From Escherichia virus TH26: a DNA stretch of 51,200 nucleotides. The DNA lies in the sequence record MT446400.1; one strand, written 5' to 3'. A program made the position numbers and the translations under genes. The notes under the pieces were generated by a model. The model ran no database searches, was not told the DNA's origin, and saw only the letters and a list, made by a program, of their open reading frames with translations. Below are positions 29,871-38,627 of this stretch, piece by piece (position 1 is the stretch's first letter; each line of letters starts with the position of its first letter).

Positions 29871-30734
29871 TCAGAAGGGCATCCCAGTACCGCCAGCAGC
29901 ACCACCTTCGGCTTCACGCTGTGCTTTCGCAGCAGCCTGTGCTTCCAGTTCAGCTTTCATTGCTGCATCGACTTCTTCATCAGAAGCCTGATTCGGAACA
30001 GAATCATCAGCAGGTTTGCCGCCCAGCAGAGCAGACAGTTTGGTTTTGTAGAAATCAACACCGGAAGTAATACGGTTCTTGATTGCGTAAGGAGAATCGC
30101 CACCAGGCAGCTTGTTGAACACTTCTAAGTCTGGCTCAGACATGTCGAAGAATACAGTCGGGTTAACCAGTGCTTTAGCTTCTTTCTTCTCTTTGGATTT
30201 CATCGGAGAGAAGGTAGCAACTTTGTTCGCAACCTGGCCCGCATTCTTACCTGACTGCTTGGTATACTGAACAATGCCAACAACCAAAGGTTCGGTCAAC
30301 CAATCTGGCAGGTTCTTAGCAGGGTGGCCCTGAATACCTTGTTCCAGATTCTGTTTAACTTCCAGAGCATCAATCGCCTTAGCGAATTTGTAGATGTGAG
30401 AGTTCTCACCCATGAAGCCGTCAGCATTATAGGTAAACTCAAAGTCAAACCAACGCGGCTTGTCTTCAAGATTCTTCGCCATCATGATGCCGTCATCTTC
30501 GTCCGGGTCTTGGACCATGACCATCTTACCTTCGCCATCGACTTCTTTCATGTACTCGTCGAGCAGCTCGAAAGTAACCAAAAGTTTCGGGGATGGGTTT
30601 GGATATTTAGCAGAACCTGGCTGTAAGCCCAGGTCGATAATACGGCAAACACGAGCAGGATAACCACCCGCTTCCAGTAATGGTGCAGCAGAAGGAGTCT
30701 TGTTCGAGGCCAGAGTAGGAGCAGCAAATGCCAT
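29871..30734 (-). CDS. Putative phage ssDNA-binding protein
   Basis: 287 aa; sits between FEN and DNA polymerase; acidic C-terminal tail ending in an aromatic residue (...DEEVDAAMKAELEAQ...GGTGMPF), as in phage SSBs. Confidence 0.35.
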   Translation of the reverse strand: MAFAAPTLASNKTPSAAPLLEAGGYPARVCRIIDLGLQPGSAKYPNPSPKLLVTFELLDEYMKEVDGEGKMVMVQDPDEDDGIMMAKNLEDKPRWFDFEFTYNADGFMGENSHIYKFAKAIDALEVKQNLEQGIQGHPAKNLPDWLTEPLVVGIVQYTKQSGKNAGQVANKVATFSPMKSKEKKEAKALVNPTVFFDMSEPDLEVFNKLPGGDSPYAIKNRITSGVDFYKTKLSALLGGKPADDSVPNQASDEEVDAAMKAELEAQAAAKAQREAEGGAAGGTGMPF

Positions 30735-30765
30735 TTTGAGTACCTTTAAATTTCAGTTTTGGGAG

Positions 30766-31038
30766 TTAATCAACTTGCAACATTGCAAGCTGGATGTCAT
30801 ATCCAACTAATACTTCGGACAGCTCTTCAATTGAAGTAGTCGCCGAGACTAAAGTTTGGAGGTTTTTAAATATCTCATCGTTATGTGCTTGAGACTGTGT
30901 GTCGGACAAATAGAATACTTTGTCCTTAATCTTTTCAAGGAACGCCATTACAGCGTCCTTTGCGAGAACTTCGGAATCGGTAGCAAACATATGGTGCCCT
31001 GATTCCTGCATATCAAAAATAGAATATACAGTTTGCAT
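30766..31038 (-). CDS. Hypothetical protein
   Basis: 90 aa ORF directly downstream of the DNA polymerase gene. Confidence 0.3.
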   Translation of the reverse strand: MQTVYSIFDMQESGHHMFATDSEVLAKDAVMAFLEKIKDKVFYLSDTQSQAHNDEIFKNLQTLVSATTSIEELSEVLVGYDIQLAMLQVD

Positions 31039-32972
31039 TAGTGAATCTCCGCGTAGTTATCGCCGAACTGTACATCACATGCACAATCGCGGTTAAGCTT
31101 AAGTTCTTTGTTGGTACGTTCCATTGCCTCATTAAGCAAGTCCGTCCACAAATCACGGAAACCTTTCTTAACTTGGAGAATCAATTCATCGTGGAATTGT
31201 CCAGACAGAAGCGGGTCACAGCCCCAACGTTCGTTACAAATTGCAATGATATTGTTACACCAAATGTCAAACACATATGCACCAGTACCCTGACACAATG
31301 TGGAGAATCGGTCTTTCTCTGTACGCAACGAATACCAGAATTTGTTTACTGGATTCTGTTGCCACATCTGACCATCAACTGTGATAACTTTGGTGTTTGC
31401 AGCAATCTCTTTAATAGACCAGTTCAAGTCCCAATATGCTTTATGCAGTCGTGCAGCAGTATTCTGGTCGCAACCAGCAGAACGGGCTACAGTTGGTATA
31501 CCAGCACCATACTGGCAAGCATAGTTTGTGGTCTTAAACATTGGACGTTGTTTACACTTCTTAATTCCGTCCTTGTGGTCCTGAGATTCCTGTTCGGTAA
31601 TAAATCCACCAATTACGCCGATTGCAAGGTGAGCATCGTAGTCTGGTGCCAACTGCTTCTTAACATATTCAGGGTCATACATCCACTGGAAGTGGTGTTT
31701 ACAACGGTCTTCCAATGAGCACAAGTCAGAGCCTAACTGTTCGTAGTCTTCACGCCACGCTTCCAACATTGAACGAAGTTCTTCACCGCCAAATACACGA
31801 ATAGAAGGGAGGTTAACAAGTTCGCGATGTTTAAGGCGTAAAGTGTTGGTAAGGCCACCGCATCTCGCAGTAAGGAATCCATCTTCATCGACGTCACGAA
31901 GGAAGCCGTTAACAACAGACAGACGGTGTTTATACACGCCCATCCCAATAAGATGTTGAATACCGGAGTCGGGGTTTCTTTCTGCCAGCTTATGCAAGCT
32001 CGGACAAATTTCGGGATTACCATCTCCATCCTTAACCGTGATTTGAGGAATCTGGCGAGTTTCACCTGTTTCTTTATTACGGTCAAACTTAAATGTTTCT
32101 GGAACCCAGCCAAGGCTGAATAACCAATCCTTGATTTGTACGTGAGAACCAGCGTTAGGTTCTTTGTAACCCTTGAGCACCTTAATGTGCAAGTCTGGGT
32201 CTTTCCAGTCCAAACCGTTTGCATCACAGACGGCTTTCCACTTAATACCAGTTGCAGACAATTGTCCATTTAACTTGTGGCATTTGGCAGGACGAGACTT
32301 GATTACATATTCTGGAATACGTGGCATTGATGCTTCCAATGCGTCGGTCTTCTCTTTAATCATTGGTTCCAGCTTCGCTTTAAATGCGTAAGCCTTCTCC
32401 ATGTTAAGCTTCCAGCGAGTGCGTTGTTGAATAACTTGTTGACGAGCTTTTGTCATCAGGTATTCAACGAAGCGTTTAACTTCGCCAGGAGATTTATAAA
32501 TCTTCAAGAGTTGAATGTATTGCTGTTCCCACAGCTTCAACTGAATCTTGCAGTCTTCCATCACACGATGGTTGTACTCTTCTTGAGTTTGATTTTCCCA
32601 ATCTTCAATGATTGGTTTTGGCACACCAAACTCTTCGCCGTAACCTTCTAAGCCGTGCTTAACACGACGAGGTTGCAGATACCAACTGATAAACAAAGTA
32701 TCGATAAACACACACTTTGATGTATCATAGCCGAGAAATAAAAGTGCCTCATTATCAAAGCACATACTATTGTGCATGACCAGCGTTGGTCCTGTATCCA
32801 GAAATGCCTGGATAGACTTTCTGTCGGTCCACTCTATTACAGTTTCTTCACGAGTCAGAACATCAATATACCCGATGTTGTGAAGACGTGGTGCAGCTTG
32901 CTTGCGCATTTGCTCCAACAGGCCAGTTGTTTCAATGTCACTGGCGTACATGTTTTCCCAAGGATAGAGCAT
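31038..32972 (-). CDS. DNA polymerase, family A, with 3'-5' exonuclease domain
   Basis: 644 aa; Exo I (ASDIETTG); Pol A motif B-like RPMFKTTNYACQYG; motif C QFHDELIL. Confidence 0.85.
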   Translation of the reverse strand: MLYPWENMYASDIETTGLLEQMRKQAAPRLHNIGYIDVLTREETVIEWTDRKSIQAFLDTGPTLVMHNSMCFDNEALLFLGYDTSKCVFIDTLFISWYLQPRRVKHGLEGYGEEFGVPKPIIEDWENQTQEEYNHRVMEDCKIQLKLWEQQYIQLLKIYKSPGEVKRFVEYLMTKARQQVIQQRTRWKLNMEKAYAFKAKLEPMIKEKTDALEASMPRIPEYVIKSRPAKCHKLNGQLSATGIKWKAVCDANGLDWKDPDLHIKVLKGYKEPNAGSHVQIKDWLFSLGWVPETFKFDRNKETGETRQIPQITVKDGDGNPEICPSLHKLAERNPDSGIQHLIGMGVYKHRLSVVNGFLRDVDEDGFLTARCGGLTNTLRLKHRELVNLPSIRVFGGEELRSMLEAWREDYEQLGSDLCSLEDRCKHHFQWMYDPEYVKKQLAPDYDAHLAIGVIGGFITEQESQDHKDGIKKCKQRPMFKTTNYACQYGAGIPTVARSAGCDQNTAARLHKAYWDLNWSIKEIAANTKVITVDGQMWQQNPVNKFWYSLRTEKDRFSTLCQGTGAYVFDIWCNNIIAICNERWGCDPLLSGQFHDELILQVKKGFRDLWTDLLNEAMERTNKELKLNRDCACDVQFGDNYAEIH

Positions 32973-33457
32973 TATATGTTCCTATTGATTATCGCAAACT
33001 CTCCGTGGAGTTTTATTGCAAATTCGTTGTATGCTAAAGCAGCCTGTTTGGCAGTTGGGAAAGTCCCAATGTATATCCTCGAATTTCCGTTTCTTATCCT
33101 GGCTACAAACGTACCATTCTTCATTCTGGATACGCCTCTGAAAGGCACTGCGCCAAGTTTTCTGACAACGTTGCAATTGTTCTGTTGGTTGTCTGCCGCA
33201 CGAAGATTGCTTGGCGAGTTATCAAATCCCACCCTATGGTCAACTTGCTTTGGCAAGAATCCATAGTGCATACCAAAGATAATCCGGTGCACGTACTCGA
33301 ATGACTTCCCGACACGCACATTAAGATAGAGTTTATCTCGTCCACAAGGGCTACCAACAAGTTTCAACTTGCCGGACTCCATCTTCCTATAAAGTTTACC
33401 ATCCTCTGTGTAGGAAAACATACTTCGCCACAGAGAAATCTTTTGTTCATCGGACAT
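32972..33457 (-). CDS. HNH homing endonuclease with AP2-like DNA-binding domain
   Basis: 161 aa; HNH motif VDHRVGFDNSPSNLRAADNQQN; C-terminal AP2-like segment YIGTFPTAKQAALAYNEFAIKLHGEFA. Confidence 0.65.
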   Translation of the reverse strand: MSDEQKISLWRSMFSYTEDGKLYRKMESGKLKLVGSPCGRDKLYLNVRVGKSFEYVHRIIFGMHYGFLPKQVDHRVGFDNSPSNLRAADNQQNNCNVVRKLGAVPFRGVSRMKNGTFVARIRNGNSRIYIGTFPTAKQAALAYNEFAIKLHGEFAIINRNI

Positions 33458-33518
33458 TACTTAATCCATGTTGACGAGGTCTACGCTGGTGGGCGAACCA
33501 TGCAGCGTAGAAGCTCTG

Positions 33519-35282
33519 TTATTGATGCGGACCGTTCTTCTTAGTAAGTTGAACAATCTCTTTGGTTTCGAACAAGGAGTCGTCCCAAGAACGTTGAATG
33601 ATTCGACCAGAGTCTGAGTCATAATACGTCTTGAAGCCTTCTGTCTTACCACTCTTACGAGCTTTGATGGAACGAATAATGGAGCAGTTTGGGTCAACTG
33701 CCTGGCTATTGCGCTCAAAGCCAAACATACCATGAGAATATTTAGCAGCAGCACGTGAGCCAGTAAAGTCTGACTTCTTAATACGTCCACCATCCTCGTG
33801 AGGTCGTTGACCTTTTGCCACAGGGTTAAGGTGCGACAGAATATTAACGTGGAACTGGTACTGGTCTGCTAACTTTGTAATGTCTGCATACAGCTTGCCC
33901 AGAAAGTCGTTCTTCTCTGACGCAGAAATCCCTTCCGATAAGTAGGTTAAGTTATCAAGGACAAACATATCAATGTCTGGCCCAATCTGACGAAGAATCG
34001 TCTTTAACCCATCCCAGGTTTCATAAGGGTCTTCTCCAGCTTGCTTGCGGTCCCAAATCTCCATGTTACGAAGCATCTTCGCAGCAGTTTGACGGAACTT
34101 AGCTTCATCATATCGAGGGTCTTCACGAGTAAACGCAGGTTCCCAATACGGCAAGTTGTCATTGAGGCCAGCCATACGGCGTAATGTTTCCGCAGGAGTT
34201 TCCTCCATGTATGCAGTAAACACTCCCCAATCATGCTGAATGATATTGTGATGCACAATCTGTCGAGACAGTGTAGTCTTACCACCACCTTCTGCACCAC
34301 CGATTGTAATAACTTCGGCTCGACGTTGACCAAACATTAAGTCGGTTAACTTGGGCCAAGGATAATCCACACCCTGTTCAACCTCATCATCAAGCTCTTC
34401 CATAAGAAGTTCTTTGTTGACAAGAGCTGTGGGCAGAGGGCGAGCAGCGCGGAATACAACAGCAGATTGAGTAGCTTTCAACAAGCCACGTTTCAAACAG
34501 TCGTTGGCATCGTTGGCAGGAAGTGAGGCAATCATTGCACCAGGCAGTAAACGACATGCTTCTTTGGCAGCTTTACGACCAGGTTCATCATCATCAAATA
34601 CGATAACAACCTGTTCCCAACGTTGCTTGATTTCTTCTGCAACTGGTGACAAACATTTGTGTACGGAATCACTTCCATCACTCAAACTAATTACAGCAAA
34701 ATCCAAATCTTCGTATGCACCACCACGGTTCATAGTTTTCAAGATTTGACGCAATGCGATACAGTCTTCTTCACCTTCAGTGATGAACAATGTCTTACCG
34801 CCAATTGCTTTTGCAGCCAACCAATTGTAGGGTTCGTTGCCTTGTGTGTCACCAACCGACCACATAACTTTCTTGTTCAGAAGTTTAATCTTCCAACGAA
34901 CAAGTTTACCATTTTTGGTGTAGCCATGCGCCAAAGCATTTGGAGTCTTGCCATCAAACTCTGAATACAGAAGTCGGACACCAGCAGCTTTCCAAAATTC
35001 TGGTTCAATGCTACGATGGTCTAAATCAAACGGAGGACAAGCAGTGACTTCATCGATTTCTTCCTGAATTTCTTCTGGAGTTTTGACTTTAATCTCTGGA
35101 ATGTTCTCCGGATTATTGCCATAAGGATTTGGTACGAGAACGCCACATGCAAAGCAGTAACCAGAGAAGTTCTTATTACCAGCTTCATCGACATTCAACC
35201 AAACCTGTAAAGACTTGCCAGATGTGGATTTACAGTCTGGTACATCGTGCTTAATCTTGGCAACACATTGCTTGACGTTCAT
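33519..35282 (-). CDS. Bifunctional DNA primase / helicase (T7 gp4-like)
   Basis: 587 aa; N-terminal Cys4 zinc finger (CKSTSGKS...CFACG), TOPRIM-like LFITEGEEDCIALRQ, helicase Walker A GGAEGGGKTTL. Confidence 0.85.
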   Translation of the reverse strand: MNVKQCVAKIKHDVPDCKSTSGKSLQVWLNVDEAGNKNFSGYCFACGVLVPNPYGNNPENIPEIKVKTPEEIQEEIDEVTACPPFDLDHRSIEPEFWKAAGVRLLYSEFDGKTPNALAHGYTKNGKLVRWKIKLLNKKVMWSVGDTQGNEPYNWLAAKAIGGKTLFITEGEEDCIALRQILKTMNRGGAYEDLDFAVISLSDGSDSVHKCLSPVAEEIKQRWEQVVIVFDDDEPGRKAAKEACRLLPGAMIASLPANDANDCLKRGLLKATQSAVVFRAARPLPTALVNKELLMEELDDEVEQGVDYPWPKLTDLMFGQRRAEVITIGGAEGGGKTTLSRQIVHHNIIQHDWGVFTAYMEETPAETLRRMAGLNDNLPYWEPAFTREDPRYDEAKFRQTAAKMLRNMEIWDRKQAGEDPYETWDGLKTILRQIGPDIDMFVLDNLTYLSEGISASEKNDFLGKLYADITKLADQYQFHVNILSHLNPVAKGQRPHEDGGRIKKSDFTGSRAAAKYSHGMFGFERNSQAVDPNCSIIRSIKARKSGKTEGFKTYYDSDSGRIIQRSWDDSLFETKEIVQLTKKNGPHQ

Positions 35283-35287
35283 TTATA

Positions 35288-35938
35288 TTATTCCTGATTG
35301 GTCAAAGCCTTCCAGCAAATCGGAAACAGCTCTGACATAATTTTATTCACTTCTTCCGCAAACAAGCGAACTTCATACTGCGCATGTTCGGAGGAACGTT
35401 GATTATACATGGATGCCCAGCCATAAAGAGAGCCAGTCCAAACCCACTCAGTCATCATGGATTGTGGAAGAACCATGCGAGCTTGCTCTGGGGCAATCCC
35501 CAAACCAATTAACGTTTCATACTCTGCGATGCAAGCCTTGTTATAGCTTTCCATGCGATAATGAATATCGTCAGCAAAATCTTGTGGCAACGGTTGTGCA
35601 GTCTGAGTCATCAACTTCTCAGGACGACCGAGTACAACATCTGGTACAAAGCATTCAATCAAGATTGCTTCACCATCTTTGTAGCGACGGCTCACTTCAT
35701 TCCAACTAAAGCCAGTTTGGTGTTTGCCAAGCTGACGTGCAATGAAGATTGGTGCTTTGCAACGCAATGTTACCTGTGCATGACGGAACGGCGTAATGTG
35801 TTTATGCTTGGCAAGAAACTCAATCAGCTTCTCGTCACGCAGTGACATTTCGTGGGATTCTGCACCGTAAGAAACTCGCGCAGCATTAACAGTTGTTAGG
35901 TCGCTGCCCATGTGGTCAACGAGTGTGGCAGTAATCAT
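35288..35938 (-). CDS. thyX: Flavin-dependent thymidylate synthase (ThyX)-like protein with divergent signature motif
   Basis: 216 aa; collinear with ThyX (AARVSYG, HITPF, KAPIFIARQ, SWNEVSRRY), but the canonical RHR signature position reads KHQ. Confidence 0.55.
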   Translation of the reverse strand: MITATLVDHMGSDLTTVNAARVSYGAESHEMSLRDEKLIEFLAKHKHITPFRHAQVTLRCKAPIFIARQLGKHQTGFSWNEVSRRYKDGEAILIECFVPDVVLGRPEKLMTQTAQPLPQDFADDIHYRMESYNKACIAEYETLIGLGIAPEQARMVLPQSMMTEWVWTGSLYGWASMYNQRSSEHAQYEVRLFAEEVNKIMSELFPICWKALTNQE

Positions 35939-35994
35939 TTGCTCTCCGGTTCATATGGTGGGAGATAAATTAGCTCCGCACCATGATAATGGTA

Positions 35995-36216
35995 TTATTT
36001 TAATGATGCCTGTAATGACGCATTTAGTACAGAACGCTTTTCATATTCGCGTTGATTGTACGTGTTTGTCAGTGCTTCCGCAGCTTCGATTGACAGAGCC
36101 GCAAATCCACCAAAGGCGTTGCGAACTTCTTCAATATCCATGTGCAGGACTTCATTGGTAATTTGGTTGGCAATTGCAGCCTTGAAAATCTCTTCGGCAA
36201 TTTCAGCAGTTTTCAT
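35995..36216 (-). CDS. Hypothetical protein
   Basis: 73 aa ORF downstream of the ThyX-like gene. Confidence 0.3.
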   Translation of the reverse strand: MKTAEIAEEIFKAAIANQITNEVLHMDIEEVRNAFGGFAALSIEAAEALTNTYNQREYEKRSVLNASLQASLK

Positions 36217-36865
36217 GTTTCTCTCCAGTTAAATTTAAGTAAGTGCCCTGACGTGGACTATTACGAACATTACAATAAATTGGCTTAAATGATGTTTCCA
36301 CTGCGGCCAAGACACTTATTAAATTTGATTCGAACCGCCCAAGTGAATCAGCTTTGTTTATGGGGACCATCGGGGAAAAGTATAAACCCGCTTAATGCTC
36401 GCATCATGTTTGAACATTAAGAACCCTGACTTGCATATTTCATGTGAATAGGAACATAGTCTGGATTTTGAATCCAGCTAACTTCGAGAAGAGGAGTAGC
36501 TCAAACGAAAGCCTGAACTTTCTTTCGACACATCACAATCAGCGCAACTGAGCCGTATCGCTACGGTATGCCAGACGCTCTCTTGAGCCTTTTGAACAGA
36601 GGCATAACTGCTTAGGAATTCTGTGGCCTTTACGCGGCCAACGTGCCATTAATGCTGGCAAGACAGAGCTAACGTTCTCAAGCACTTTGGCGAGGGTGTT
36701 CTCGGACACTGTTCTAGGAAGTGACCACCTGAACTTTCTCGCGTTCAATACGAGGCAGCAATTTCAATTGTTATGCCCAGAGCAATTGCAGGAATTACAC
36801 CTGCCATGCTACAAGTAGCTAGAGTCTCGTTATTTAAAGTCGCGCACTCCCTCGACTTTGTTCAC

Positions 36866-37075
36866 TCACTGTCGGGTAAGTTGGGAACACTTTTGTGCCC
36901 ACGTTTCATTGTGGACTAAAATCTGGGTTTTGGTTTCGCGTGACAAAACTTTCACTTCTGCAACATCCAAATAGGTTGGTTGTGCAATTAAGCAATAATC
37001 ACTTACGAACCCACTTTGAGAGCAACTCACTATCGACATTGCTATCAGAACTGCTAGACACTTCTTTCTGAACAT
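36866..37075 (-). CDS. Outer-membrane spanin-like lipoprotein (o-spanin candidate)
   Basis: 69 aa; signal peptide with lipobox-like SIVSC; short mature part with additional Cys; overlaps the 3' part of the preceding ORF in another frame. Confidence 0.5.
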   Translation of the reverse strand: MFRKKCLAVLIAMSIVSCSQSGFVSDYCLIAQPTYLDVAEVKVLSRETKTQILVHNETWAQKCSQLTRQ

Positions 37076-37235
37076 GCGATTTAATCTCGATAGATTCTTT
37101 TAACGAATCGAATTGCTTCTCTTTGGCTTCCTGACGCTCCTCGGCTTTGCCTGAGCTTTTGCCCTTGAGGAACACTGCAATGAGAATACCCAATGCAGTC
37201 AAGACGCCAAGAAATATTGACTTAAGCTGTTGCAT
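36999..37235 (-). CDS. Inner-membrane spanin-like protein (i-spanin candidate)
   Basis: 78 aa; N-terminal transmembrane helix (IFLGVLTALGILIAVFL) followed by a charged, coiled-coil-like segment. Confidence 0.45.
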   Translation of the reverse strand: MQQLKSIFLGVLTALGILIAVFLKGKSSGKAEERQEAKEKQFDSLKESIEIKSHVQKEVSSSSDSNVDSELLSKWVRK

Positions 37236-37399
37236 GAATCACCTTAGATGGCGCACGCACCACTTGAACAGTCGTTATCGCCAGCACCAGGAACGATTGC
37301 TTCTTCGTCCTGCTTCTTCTTAAGTTCTTCAATCGCCTCTTCGGCAGCACCGAAGTCCAAATTGTCTAGTGCGTCAATGTCCATGAGGACTCCATGTTT

Positions 37400-37495
37400 G
37401 TTGTTGAGAGTGGCGGACGAGGTTGGATTCGAACCAACGACACATCTGTCTTACAGATTGCTCTACCTGACTAAGCTCTGGAGCAGACCTTCTGA
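37400..37495 (-). tRNA. tRNA gene (96 nt with encoded CCA) carrying a ~19-nt insertion in the D-arm region; anticodon not confidently assigned
   Basis: Minus-strand sequence has a 7-bp acceptor stem (GGACGAG/CTCGTCC), a T-arm GTTGG-TTCGAAT-CCAAC, discriminator G plus CCA, D-arm elements GCTCAG...GTCAGGTAGAGC, and an extra hairpin AAGGTCTG-CTC-CAGAGCTT. Confidence 0.55.
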
Positions 37496-38164
37496 GCTAC
37501 TCGTCCAAAGAATAAGAGGGGGGTTTTGATAACGCAGGTTTTCCCGAACTGCGAGGCTTGTAGCAAGACAGTCGCATTACTTTGCGAATGCCAGCAGGAT
37601 TGATGGTCCGACCGTCTTTGCTTAGGCAACCTGATTTAATCTACCTTTGTAGATACCATCGGTTATGAGCAGTTTATTTCCATGCTCAGGGCAATTCACT
37701 TTAGGCGAATTAAGTTTGTACCTTGTCACACCCGCACGCACCTGGGGGGCTTAAGTCTGCATTACATCGCAAGATACAAATTAATTGGCTCTCCGATTTA
37801 TTAATCACATCTCGGAGAAACAATGCGCCAAATTTGGTTACATGGGATTGGAAGACCACGGAGAGGACTTAAATTTAATTAAGCCGCAACTCGCATTTCA
37901 GAATCATTTGCACTTGTGTTTAGTGTTTAAAACAGTCGCAATAACTTCAGGCAGTTTAGGCCCGTCGTAAGACTCAGAAAACTACTTCAATTTGTACACA
38001 ACAAATTTCCCAACATTGGCTTCCGTCGAAGGCTCATGCGATGGTGTTTGGATTATGCACAAATTGAAACCCACTCACTCGGAATGGATTCAAGGCAGCA
38101 CCGGAAATCTTCCAGTGCATGCCAGATCGATTTAGCTTAGTCTCTCAAGTTTGCCATCGGCAAC

Positions 38165-38503
38165 TTAGAATACAGGAGCTTCTTCCACAGCAGCTTCAGC
38201 AGCTTCAACTACTTCTGCTTCGGCAACTTTGACTTCTTTCGGAGTATCGAACGCAACACGTTCAACTTCCGGGCAACCAGCTTCAACCCACGGCAGATAG
38301 AATGCCAGGAACGCAGCAGCGGTGTTCATCTGCATGGAGCGAGAACGGTCAATCAGCTTGTTGGTGTTAGCAAACGCTTCAACAGCAGCATCAATTTTAG
38401 CACCGTTTTCCAGTTTGAAATCGTGTGCGTTACACTCAGCTTCGCTCAGGAACAGGGAACCATCGTTAGCTTCGTACTGAGTTACGGTTACAATCTTAGC
38501 CAT
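38165..38503 (-). CDS. Hypothetical protein with acidic Ala/Glu-rich C-terminus
   Basis: 112 aa ORF preceded by a conserved promoter-like motif. Confidence 0.35.
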   Translation of the reverse strand: MAKIVTVTQYEANDGSLFLSEAECNAHDFKLENGAKIDAAVEAFANTNKLIDRSRSMQMNTAAAFLAFYLPWVEAGCPEVERVAFDTPKEVKVAEAEVVEAAEAAVEEAPVF

Positions 38504-38580
38504 TTGTATATATACCTTATGTAGATTTAATGCACGCCACCATTGGCGCGACTTATGAAATAATAAAGAGCCTTTCTCTT

Positions 38581-38608
38581 TTCACATTCAATTAATGTTT
38601 CAGAACTG
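38581..38608 (-). promoter_or_regulatory. Conserved promoter-like motif (degenerate copy), putative phage-RNAP promoter
   Basis: Plus strand reads ttcacattcaATTAATGtttcagaactg; matches the 8-member motif family; about 90 nt upstream of the 38503 start. Confidence 0.4.
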
Positions 38609-38627
38609 CTCTGATTTAACAAACAAC

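Noticed and set aside
31041-31718. Long plus-strand ORFs (for example 225 aa at 31041-31718, 189 aa at 19208-19777, 177 aa at 26984-27517)
   Set aside because: They lie antisense within well-supported minus-strand genes (DNA polymerase, capsid, dNMP kinase); shadow ORFs.
36320-36350. GATTCGAACC (T-loop-like) sequence suggesting a second tRNA
   Set aside because: Flanking sequence does not form a T-stem or an acceptor stem on either strand.
36539-36748. Minus-strand 69-aa Arg-rich ORF in the 36.2-36.9 kb GC-rich segment
   Set aside because: Composition atypical for this genome's proteins and no RBS seen; more likely a chance frame in structured non-coding DNA.
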